From Edaphobacter aggregans (GTDB lineage Bacteria; Acidobacteriota; Terriglobia; Terriglobales; Acidobacteriaceae), in NCBI RefSeq assembly GCF_003945235.1, contig NZ_RSDW01000001.1:3120001-3152000 (forward strand): DNA of 32,000 nt, read 5' to 3'. This document shows, piece by piece, positions 1-7,417 of the stretch. The first letter of the stretch is position 1. Each line of letters opens with the position of its first letter. The position numbers were made by a program, and so were the translations under genes. The notes beneath the pieces were generated by a model, which did no database searches, was not told the origin of the DNA, and saw nothing but the letters and a program-made list of their open reading frames with translations.

Positions 1-2121
1 AGCACCAGCTTCCGCGGCTTCCCCGACGGCAACTACGACATCGACTTTGACGGCATCCCCTTCTACGACACGAACACCCCCTCCCACCACTCCTGGGCCT
101 TCTTTCCCGCACAGTGGATCGGCGGCGTCGACTTCGACCGCAGCCCCGGAACCGCCTCTACCGTAGGCCCCACGCCCTTCGGCGGCTCCATCCACCTTCT
201 CTCACAGGACTTCCTGCCCAACCGCAACATTCGCGGCGGCTTTTCCTACGGCTCCTTCAACACCGTCCTCTTCGACGGCGCATTCAACTCCGGCGACTTC
301 GGCGGCGTGAACAAGAATTCCAACCTCTTCGTCGACGTCCACCACATGTCCTCCGACGGCTATCAGACCTTCAACCTCCAGACCCGCAACGCCGGCTCCC
401 TCAAATACCAGTACAAGCTCTCCGACAAGACCGTCCTCACCGGCTACAGCGGCGTCGTCTGGCTCGACTCCAACTCCCCGAACCTCTCCTCCACGCGCCA
501 GCAGCTCCTCACCAACGGCAATAACTACCTCCTCCAGAACACCGATCCCACCCAGGCCAACTACTACCGCTTCAACACCTACCACGTCCCCACCGACTTC
601 GAGTACGTCGGCGTCAACCACCAGTTCGCCCACAACTGGCTCCTGAGCTTCAAGCCCTACACCTACAACTACGACAACTCCGAGTTCTACGCCAAGCAGC
701 TCAAGACCGGCGCCATCAACCCCGCCAACTGCGCCCCTGTCTCCGCAACAGCCACCGAAGGCGGAGTCAAAGTCCCCACCTCCATCAGCCCCTGCGCCGT
801 CGACAAGTACAACAGCTACCGCAAATACGGCCAGACCTCAGCCATCACCCAGACCTCAAAGCTCGGCACCTTCCGTACCGGTTTCTGGTACGAGTGGGCC
901 CGCACCAACCGCCACCAGACCCCCTCCAACCCCCTCACCCACGTCGACGACGCCCAACCCAACTTCAGCGAGAAGTACTTCACCAACTCCTACCAGCCCT
1001 ACGCCGAGTTCGAGTTCCACCCCTTCAGCAAACTCACCCTCATCCCTGGCGTAAAGTTTGCCTACTACACCATGAACTTCACCCAGCTCGCCGACAACGG
1101 CGGCAAGATCGGCAGCATCAACCCAGTCACCAAGCAGCCCTTCACCTCCGTCACCAACACAGCCGACTATCACTCCTGGCTACCCGCGCTCAGCGCCAGC
1201 TACCGTCTCAAGCCCAATCTGTCGATCTACGGTCAGGGTGCAGAAGGCAGTGTCGTTCCTCCCACCTCAGTCTTCGACGTAGCCGGTGGATCCGTCGCCG
1301 TCCCGCCCAAGCCGCAGAAGTCCACCACCTACCAGGTCGGCACCGTCTACAAGATCAACCGCCTCGCCTTTGACGCCGACTACTACCACATCCGTTTCCA
1401 GAACGGCTATTCCTCATCCACCGACAACAACCCCAGCTCCGCCACCTTCGGCGAGTCCATCAACTACATCGCCCCCAGCTCCATCTCTCAGGGCTTTGAG
1501 GCAGAGGGCAATCTCTACATCACCCACGGCCTCAGCGTCTTCCTCAACGGCAGCCGCGGCCAGGCGACGTACGTAGGCACGCTCACTGTCTCGTGCACCG
1601 CCGGAGCCACCGGTTGCACCTCCGCCACGCCAACACTCATCCAGGCCGCACCCTCCGGTCTCTGGGTCGCCGGAACCCCCACTGACACCGAGGCTCAAGG
1701 CGTCACCTACCAGGACAAGGGCTGGAACCTCGGCTACTTCAACAAGCGCGTCGGCTCGCAGTGGATGGACAACGGTGCCTACCACGACCAGCTTCGCGTC
1801 GATCCATTCTCTGTCTCGAACATCTACCTCAACTACACCATCCACGCCGGTTCACGCTTCGAGCGCTTCGACCAAACCAAGATCCGCCTGAGCATCAACA
1901 ACCTCACCGACTCCCACAACCAGACCAGCATCACGGCAGGCGGCAAGCTCATCAACCAGAACATCTCCACCAACGGCACCAGCTACGTCGATCCCTTCAA
2001 CGCAGCCACAACATCCTCCACCGGCTACACCGGCGGCTATAACCTGGCCGACAACCCCACCCTCCTCCCCGGCCGCAGCGTCATGCTCTCCATAACCTTC
2101 GGCCTCTCACCCAAGCGCTAA
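1..2121 (+). CDS. TonB-dependent outer-membrane receptor, beta-barrel portion (5' end lies upstream of the window)
   Basis: Frame 1 is open from base 1 (STSFRGFPDGNYDIDFDGIPFYD...) and continuous with the 307..2121 ORF. It shows an alternating aromatic/polar beta-strand pattern with many Y/F/N-rich strands typical of TBDR barrels. Strongly C-ending codon usage. A canonical intrinsic terminator follows. Confidence 0.85.
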   Translation, partial: STSFRGFPDGNYDIDFDGIPFYDTNTPSHHSWAFFPAQWIGGVDFDRSPGTASTVGPTPFGGSIHLLSQDFLPNRNIRGGFSYGSFNTVLFDGAFNSGDFGGVNKNSNLFVDVHHMSSDGYQTFNLQTRNAGSLKYQYKLSDKTVLTGYSGVVWLDSNSPNLSSTRQQLLTNGNNYLLQNTDPTQANYYRFNTYHVPTDFEYVGVNHQFAHNWLLSFKPYTYNYDNSEFYAKQLKTGAINPANCAPVSATATEGGVKVPTSISPCAVDKYNSYRKYGQTSAITQTSKLGTFRTGFWYEWARTNRHQTPSNPLTHVDDAQPNFSEKYFTNSYQPYAEFEFHPFSKLTLIPGVKFAYYTMNFTQLADNGGKIGSINPVTKQPFTSVTNTADYHSWLPALSASYRLKPNLSIYGQGAEGSVVPPTSVFDVAGGSVAVPPKPQKSTTYQVGTVYKINRLAFDADYYHIRFQNGYSSSTDNNPSSATFGESINYIAPSSISQGFEAEGNLYITHGLSVFLNGSRGQATYVGTLTVSCTAGATGCTSATPTLIQAAPSGLWVAGTPTDTEAQGVTYQDKGWNLGYFNKRVGSQWMDNGAYHDQLRVDPFSVSNIYLNYTIHAGSRFERFDQTKIRLSINNLTDSHNQTSITAGGKLINQNISTNGTSYVDPFNAATTSSTGYTGGYNLADNPTLLPGRSVMLSITFGLSPKR

Positions 2122-2143
2122 TCAACTTCGTTACGCTCCTCTC

Positions 2144-2177
2144 AAGAGTCCCGGCAATACCGGGACTCTTCTTTTTT
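2144..2177 (+). terminator. Rho-independent terminator of the TonB-dependent receptor gene
   Basis: Perfect 11-bp stem AAGAGTCCCGG (2144-2154) / CCGGGACTCTT (2160-2170) with a 5-nt loop CAATA, followed by a T6 run (2172-2177). Located 23 nt after the stop codon. Confidence 0.9.
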
Positions 2178-2233
2178 CCTCACGTAACCCCCGCCAACTC
2201 CTGCGATTGTCGTTATCGCCACCGAGCCCAACC

Positions 2234-3028
2234 CTACCGAGCTCTCTTAGGCGCGATGACGACTTCGGTCTCGACATGCTCGTTGAAGCACCCAGCCGGA
2301 TTCAGGCTGAGTAGCGCTTTGATCAGTTCTGTCTCGAACGCCTTGGCATTGTCGCCGAATAATGGCCTGGCGGAACTTGATATGGAATAGACGCATCCGA
2401 TGATCGAATTTATATCCCGCGTGATGGTGCTCGGAAACTCATGAGATGTGAAAGTGGAGAACCATTCTGACCGGACCAGAGCTGGTTCGTGTTCAGGTTC
2501 TTGCGGATTGGATTTTGGATGCCGAGTTCTCGGCCCAAGAAATTTTGCGACGATCTGATCGGCTACCGGCTCCCAGCTTTCTTGCGGACGTCGCTTGCCT
2601 GGGTTCACGAGCGCCAGTCCTCCTCCGTCTGCTATGAGAATCGCGAGTTTCTGGAGTACTTCGTCACGGTCCATCCAGTGAAAGGCTTGCCCAATAGTGG
2701 CGACTTGAAACGGTCCCGCCCCCAACGAAATGCTCTCGGCCCTGGACAACAACCAGTGGACGTTTTGTCGGCCCCGTGATTCCGCCAACCATCGTCCTTG
2801 GGCGATCATGTCTGCATCTGGATCGACGGCGACAACCTCGCCGACGGCATAGGAAAGTGGGATTGCGATGGTGCCCGGACCGCATCCCAAATCTAGCGCA
2901 CGCATGTCCTTGGTGAGAGAGTAGCGCTCGACGATAAAATCGATCGCCGCCTGTGCGTATGGCGCACGGAAACGGTCATAATATGGCGCCGTGTGGGCAA
3001 ATGGCGAGATGCCTGATGAGGTGGGCAT
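2234..3028 (-). CDS. Class I SAM-dependent methyltransferase
   Basis: 264-aa ORF with SAM-binding motif I LDLGCGPGTIAIPLS, then the acidic residue VVAVDPD and a post-I region IGQAFHWMD. GC and codon usage are mixed and differ from both neighbours. Confidence 0.8.
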   Translation of the reverse strand: MPTSSGISPFAHTAPYYDRFRAPYAQAAIDFIVERYSLTKDMRALDLGCGPGTIAIPLSYAVGEVVAVDPDADMIAQGRWLAESRGRQNVHWLLSRAESISLGAGPFQVATIGQAFHWMDRDEVLQKLAILIADGGGLALVNPGKRRPQESWEPVADQIVAKFLGPRTRHPKSNPQEPEHEPALVRSEWFSTFTSHEFPSTITRDINSIIGCVYSISSSARPLFGDNAKAFETELIKALLSLNPAGCFNEHVETEVVIAPKRAR

Positions 3029-3115
3029 TCCGTAATGGCATCACAATATTCTCTTCAGAACAAACGAACTCTGGCACGCGCGGCGGACTTTCCATCGTTA
3101 GTCCAAAAACACCTC

Positions 3116-3159
3116 TTGACGAATATTGCAAATAGCGATATAAATATTGCGATTTGTAA
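3116..3159 (+). promoter_or_regulatory. Near-consensus sigma70-type promoter with overlapping repeat/dyad (candidate operator) upstream of the HTH-NfeD-flotillin-PspA cluster
   Basis: TTGACG (3116-3121), a 17-nt spacer, then TATAAA(T) (3139-3144). Direct repeat AATATTGC at 3122-3129 and 3143-3150, 21 bp apart. Imperfect dyad TTGCAAAT (3126-3133) / ATTTGTAA (3152-3159), 7 of 8 complementary. The ATG at 3165 lies about 14 nt downstream of the predicted TSS. Confidence 0.6.
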
Positions 3160-3164
3160 TACAC

Positions 3165-3719
3165 ATGAAACTCGCAGACAAAATCCGTTACCTCCGTGAA
3201 GTAGAAGGCAACCTCCGCGGCCTCAACCGCGCCATGACCCAGCAGGAGCTCGTCCGCGCCATCCAGCAGGAAAACGGCACCGGCAAAAAGAGCGGCAAAG
3301 CCACCATCAGCCAGTCCTACCTCTCACAAATCGAGAGCGGAGCCCGCCCGCACCTCACCAACACCACGCGCCTGCTCCTCGCCAAATTCTTCAAGGTCCA
3401 CCCCGGCTACCTCGTCGACGACCCGGAAGGCTACCACTCCGAGCTCCTCTCCGACCTCCGCACCATCGAAGACAAGCTCGACCTCTGGCTCATCGCCGGT
3501 TCGGAACGCTTCCGTCGCGACCCCGCACTCTGCCAGGCGCTCCTCACCCTGGCCAACCACGACGACACTCGCCGCTGCTTCCTCCTCATCGAGGCCATCA
3601 TCGAGACGCCAGCACTCCTCGACCGCCTCTTCCACGTCCTCCGGCCCGAAGCCGCCACGTTATCGCCCACCAACTCTCAACCGGCTCTAAAAAAAGCCGC
3701 CAAGCGGAGCACCAAATAG
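3165..3719 (+). CDS. XRE/Cro-type helix-turn-helix transcriptional regulator with an uncharacterised C-terminal helical domain
   Basis: N-terminal MKLADKIRYLRE...MTQQELVRAI...ISQSYLSQIESGARPHLT matches the HTH_3 pattern (S.SYLS.IE.G.R.P). I chose the ATG at 3165 because the TTG at 3147 in the ORF track lies 2 nt past the predicted -10 hexamer (3139-3144) and upstream of the predicted TSS. The stop is 1 nt before the next gene's ATG. Confidence 0.8.
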   Translation: MKLADKIRYLREVEGNLRGLNRAMTQQELVRAIQQENGTGKKSGKATISQSYLSQIESGARPHLTNTTRLLLAKFFKVHPGYLVDDPEGYHSELLSDLRTIEDKLDLWLIAGSERFRRDPALCQALLTLANHDDTRRCFLLIEAIIETPALLDRLFHVLRPEAATLSPTNSQPALKKAAKRSTK

Positions 3720-3720
3720 C

Positions 3721-4278
3721 ATGGACTCCTTCTATCTCATCTGCTTCAGCGTCGGCCTCGTCCTCAGCCTCCTCTCCGTAGTCGGAGGCTTCGGCCACCT
3801 GCACCTCGGCCGCCTCCACATCGGACACACCGCCCACCACCACACCCACGGACACAGCCTCTCCGCCGTCAACGGCTTCACCATCACGGCCTTCCTCTGC
3901 TGGTTCGGCGGAGCAGGCTATCTCCTGCATCACTTCAGTGTCTTCACCGCATCCCTGGTTCTCGTCCTGGCCTTACTGAGCGGCATAGCCGGAGCCGCAC
4001 TTCTCTGGGCCGTCCTCTTCAAGGTGCTCCTGCCCCGCGAGCGCGTCCTCACTATCGAAGACACCGAGATGACCGGCGTCCTGGCCCACGTCAGTGACGC
4101 CATCCGCGACAGCACCAGCACCGGCGAAATCATCTTCTCCCAAACCGGAGCCCGCCGCGCCGCCGCCGCCCGCAGCGAAGACGGCACAGCGATCCAGCGC
4201 GGCACCGAAGTCGTCGTCATCCGCTACGAACGAGGCATAGCCTACGTCCGCCGCTGGGACGACCTAACCAACACCTGA
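3721..4278 (+). CDS. NfeD-like (YqiJ-type) membrane protein
   Basis: Hydrophobic N-terminal half with about 3 TM helices. The C-terminal soluble tail GEIIFSQTGARRAAAARSEDGTAIQRGTEVVVIRYERGIAYVRRW resembles the NfeD OB-fold tail. It lies directly upstream of a flotillin, as in yqiJ-yqiK and yuaF-floT pairs. Confidence 0.75.
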   Translation: MDSFYLICFSVGLVLSLLSVVGGFGHLHLGRLHIGHTAHHHTHGHSLSAVNGFTITAFLCWFGGAGYLLHHFSVFTASLVLVLALLSGIAGAALLWAVLFKVLLPRERVLTIEDTEMTGVLAHVSDAIRDSTSTGEIIFSQTGARRAAAARSEDGTAIQRGTEVVVIRYERGIAYVRRWDDLTNT

Positions 4279-4280
4279 CA

Positions 4281-4410
4281 AGCTGTTGCACTTGCTTTTC
4301 TTGCTTGTCATCCCCGAAGGGGACCTGCTGTTGCCCTTGCACTTGCTGTTGTCCTTGCTTCTCTTGTTGTCATCCCGTAGGGATCTGCTTCTGTTGTTGC
4401 TGTTGCTTTG
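4281..4410. repeat. Two tandem imperfect copies of a hairpin-containing intergenic repeat (TTGTCATCCC-G.A-GGGA-CTGCT...) embedded in CTTG/CTGTTG-rich sequence
   Basis: TTGCACTTGCT occurs at 4286-4296 and 4337-4347. Mini-hairpins are TCCCCGAAGGGGA (4311-4323) and ATCCCGTAGGGAT (4372-4384). Each is preceded by TTGTCA/TTGTC and followed by CTGCTGTTGC or CTGCTTCTGTTGTTGC. Confidence 0.8.
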
Positions 4411-4520
4411 AAAAGGCACATCGTTCTGGCGGCCTCACTTGCCGAGGCAATCCCCAGCCACCCACCCACTGAGGCAAGCACCTCACACGCCCTCCAGTCC
4501 GTCTCGGACAAAGGAACGAT

Positions 4521-5939
4521 ATGCCGAACTCGGTAATCATCATTGCAGGTCTGATAGTCCTCGCCACGCTCGCACTGGCCCTTCTCATGGCCAAGATGTT
4601 CCGCAAAGCCGGACCCAACGAAGCCATCATCGTCTACGGCTTCCGCGGCCCACGTGTCATCAAGGGCGGCGGCGCCGTCATCTTTCCCGTAGTCGAAAAC
4701 TCCCGCCAGCTCTCCCTCGAGCTCATGAGCTTCGACGTAGCCCCGCAACAGGACCTCTACACCAAGCAAGGCGTAGCGGTCACCGTCGAAGCCGTCGCAC
4801 AAATCAAAGTCCGCTCCGACAAAGAGTCCATCCTCACCGCCGCCGAGCAGTTCCTCACCAAATCTCCCGACCAGCGCGAAGGCCTCATCCGCCTCGTCAT
4901 GGAAGGCCATCTCCGCGGCATCATCGGCCAGCTCACCGTCGAACAAATCGTCAAAGAGCCCGAGATGGTCGCCGAGCGCATGCGTTCGACCTGCATGGAC
5001 GACATGAGCAAGATGGGCCTCGAAGTCATCTCCTTCACCATCCGCGAAGTCCGCGACAAAAACGAATACATCACCAACATGGGACGCCCCGACGTAGCCC
5101 GCATCCGTCGCGACGCCGAAATAGCCGCCGCCGAAGCTGAGCGTGACACGGCCATCCGCCGCGCCATAGCCCTTCGCGAAGCCGCCGTAGCTAAAGCCTC
5201 CGCAGACCAGGAGCGCGTCCTCGCCGAAACCCTCTCCCTCGCCAAGCAAGCCGAAGCGCAACGCGACCTCGACATCCAGAAGGCCCAGTTCACCGAATCC
5301 GCACGCCGTCAGGAGGCCCAGGCCGACAAAGCCTACGAGCTCCAGACCAACGTCATGCAACAGAAGGTCATCGCCGAACAGGTCAAGATCCAGCAGATCG
5401 AAAAGCAGGAGCAGATCAAAGTCCAGGAGTCCGAAATCCTCCGCCACGAAAAGGAGCTCATCGCCACCATCCTCAAAGGCTCCGAGATCGAGCGTCAGCG
5501 CATCGAAAACATCGCCAACGCCGAGAAGGCCCGCATCACCATGGAAGCCGAAGGCCGCGCCGCAGCGACAAAACTGCAAGGCGAAGCCGAAGCCAACATC
5601 ATCTTCCAGAAGGGCGAAGCCGAAGCCAAAGCGATGAACGTCAAAGCCGAAGCCTATCAGGAGTGGACACAAGCCGCGGTCGTCGACAAGCTCATCACCA
5701 ACATGGCCGACGTAGTCCGCGCCATGTCCGAGCCGCTCTCGAAGGTCGACAAGATCACCATCGTCTCCACCGGCAACGACGGCGCAACCGGAGCCAACAA
5801 ACTTACCGGCGAGATGACCAAAATAGCCGCCCAGGTCCCCGCACTCTTCGAGGCCCTCTCCGGCATGAACCTCCACGACCTCATGGGCAACATCAAAGCG
5901 ATGAAACCCCGCGAAGACGGCAACGGCAAAACCCTCTAA
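4521..5939 (+). CDS. Flotillin-family SPFH/Band-7 protein (FloT/YqiK-like)
   Basis: N-terminal membrane anchor MPNSVIIIAGLIVLATLALALLMA. SPFH core (AIIVYGFRGPRVIKGGGAVIFPVVE...). A long Glu/Ala/Gln-rich coiled-coil flotillin region (AEAERDTAIRRAIALREAAVAKA...EAEGRAAATKLQGEAEANIIFQKGEAEAKAM). RBS AAGGAA upstream. Confidence 0.92.
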   Translation: MPNSVIIIAGLIVLATLALALLMAKMFRKAGPNEAIIVYGFRGPRVIKGGGAVIFPVVENSRQLSLELMSFDVAPQQDLYTKQGVAVTVEAVAQIKVRSDKESILTAAEQFLTKSPDQREGLIRLVMEGHLRGIIGQLTVEQIVKEPEMVAERMRSTCMDDMSKMGLEVISFTIREVRDKNEYITNMGRPDVARIRRDAEIAAAEAERDTAIRRAIALREAAVAKASADQERVLAETLSLAKQAEAQRDLDIQKAQFTESARRQEAQADKAYELQTNVMQQKVIAEQVKIQQIEKQEQIKVQESEILRHEKELIATILKGSEIERQRIENIANAEKARITMEAEGRAAATKLQGEAEANIIFQKGEAEAKAMNVKAEAYQEWTQAAVVDKLITNMADVVRAMSEPLSKVDKITIVSTGNDGATGANKLTGEMTKIAAQVPALFEALSGMNLHDLMGNIKAMKPREDGNGKTL

Positions 5940-5945
5940 CCAATC

Positions 5946-5978
5946 CCAGGCTCATCGGCACTTAACCGGTGAGCCTGG
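5946..5978 (+). other. Intra-cluster stem-loop after the flotillin stop (possible attenuator or mRNA stabiliser, not a canonical terminator)
   Basis: Perfect 9-bp stem CCAGGCTCA (5946-5954) / TGAGCCTGG (5970-5978) with a 15-nt loop. No downstream T-run. Confidence 0.4.
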
Positions 5979-6014
5979 TCATCCCTTTCACGCAGCACGA
6001 ATCGAGAAAATACG

Positions 6015-6242
6015 ATGTTCACCTTCATCCTTCTCGCAATCATCATCATCGCCGTAGCATCCACTATCTTTCGCCTCATCTTCTGGCCAATCCTCAACCC
6101 CTATCGCATCCGTCGTCCTTACTTCGGCCCATACGGTTACTGCGGCTACGGCAGAGGATATCGTCGCGGCATACTCCCCCGCGGCCTTCTCGCCATTCTT
6201 CTCTTCGCTGCCTTCGAACGCCTCTTCGGACGCCGCTGGTAA
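6015..6242 (+). CDS. Small (75 aa) two-TM membrane protein with Arg/Gly/Tyr-rich loop, unknown function
   Basis: Hydrophobic segments FTFILLAIIIIAVASTIFRLIFW and GLLAILLFAAF flank the basic RRPYFGPYGYCGYGRGYRRG loop. Its C-ending codon usage matches the flanking flotillin and pspA genes, which argues for real coding. It ends 27 nt before pspA. Confidence 0.55.
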   Translation: MFTFILLAIIIIAVASTIFRLIFWPILNPYRIRRPYFGPYGYCGYGRGYRRGILPRGLLAILLFAAFERLFGRRW

Positions 6243-6269
6243 CGCAACCTTCACCGAAAGGAGCCCGCC

Positions 6270-6941
6270 ATGTCTCTCCTCGAACGAGTAGGAACTCTCC
6301 TCCGAGCCAACATTAACGACCTCATCGAGAAAGCCGAGGACCCCGAAAAGTTAGCCAAACAACTAGTCCTCGACATGGAAAACCAACTCCTTCAGGTCAA
6401 AACCCAGGTCGCCATCGCCATCGCCGACCAACACCTCCTCCAGAAGAAATTCAAGGAGCACGAGGAAGCCATGAACCAGTGGAACCGTAAAGCCGAACTA
6501 GCCGTCCAGAAGCAGCAGGACGACCTCGCCCGCGCCGCACTCGAGCGCAGCATCAGCCAGCAGCAATTGGCACAAGGCTTCACCCAGCAGCTCGAAGACC
6601 AGACCGCCGAGGTCGAAACCCTCCGCACCGCCTTCGACCGCCTCCAGCAAAAACTCCAGGAAACCCGCGCCACCGCCGAGATGCTCATCGCCCAGCACCG
6701 CCGCGCCCGCACCGTTGGCAAAGCGAACGCCGCCCGAACCATCGCGGCCAATCACCAAACCACGGCAACCCTCAACCGCCTGCGCTCCACCATCCAGCGC
6801 AAAGAAGCAACCAACATGGCCGGCCACATGATCCTCGAAGCCGAATCCATCGAAGACCGCCTCACCACCCTCGACCGCGAAGATCAGATCGACCGTCTCC
6901 TCGAAGAACTAAAAAGCCGCCAACCCCGCCTACCCCAATAA
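6270..6941 (+). CDS. pspA: PspA/IM30 (phage shock protein A family) protein
   Basis: N-terminus MSLLERVGTLLRANINDLIEKAEDPEKLAKQLVLDMENQL is the canonical PspA/IM30 start. The rest is all coiled coil, 223 aa. Strong RBS GAAAGGAG 6 nt upstream. Confidence 0.92.
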   Translation: MSLLERVGTLLRANINDLIEKAEDPEKLAKQLVLDMENQLLQVKTQVAIAIADQHLLQKKFKEHEEAMNQWNRKAELAVQKQQDDLARAALERSISQQQLAQGFTQQLEDQTAEVETLRTAFDRLQQKLQETRATAEMLIAQHRRARTVGKANAARTIAANHQTTATLNRLRSTIQRKEATNMAGHMILEAESIEDRLTTLDREDQIDRLLEELKSRQPRLPQ

Positions 6942-7007
6942 GGCGGAGTAGGCGGCCGCATCTCGAAGCCGTTGCCCTTTGCACCGTATTATTGCCGAGG
7001 TAGCTCA

Positions 7008-7355
7008 GTGACTCATGCAGATGCAATGATCGGTCTTATGATCGGTGCGGCCGCAATCGCCTGCGGTGTGGGAGCCAGGGGCCAGCGCCCAAAGCTAGGC
7101 ACGAAGACTATCCCACGGTGGTTCGGACAGTTGTGGTGCTTCGGGATAGGAGCGTTGTCGATCTTCTGGTCTCTACCCAACCTTCGCGGTTCTTGGCACC
7201 GGCACGATTTTTTTGACGATTGGTGGCTAGTGCCTTTCTTGGGGGTCGTCTGCGTACTCAATCTGATATTGAGCGAGTCGGAATCAGACGGAGAGATTCA
7301 GTCGCTGAACCTTGCCCCACACAAGAACGACGACGCGGGTCTCGCGAAGCCCTAG
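7008..7355 (+). CDS. Hypothetical small membrane protein (start uncertain)
   Basis: ORF with three hydrophobic stretches (MIGLMIGAAAIACGV, WFGQLWCFGIGALSIFW, WWLVPFLGVVCVLNLIL). The GTG at 7008 has GAGG 7 nt upstream. Codon usage differs from the preceding cluster, so coding status is uncertain. Confidence 0.35.
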   Translation: MTHADAMIGLMIGAAAIACGVGARGQRPKLGTKTIPRWFGQLWCFGIGALSIFWSLPNLRGSWHRHDFFDDWWLVPFLGVVCVLNLILSESESDGEIQSLNLAPHKNDDAGLAKP

Positions 7356-7417
7356 CTTCATTCGCCGGGAAGTAAATACTCCTCAGTTGATACTCGCGTT
7401 ATTTGTTCCTGTATCCG

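Noticed and set aside
4281-4410. CRISPR array or minisatellite
   Set aside because: There are only two imperfect units with no unique spacers between them and no cas genes. It is better described as a tandem REP/MITE-like element.
4308-5876. 522-aa ORF on the minus strand, antisense to the flotillin gene
   Set aside because: Its low-complexity Gly/Asp/Leu/Val-rich translation has no recognisable motif. It is the typical shadow frame of a GC-rich gene. The plus-strand flotillin reading is unambiguous.
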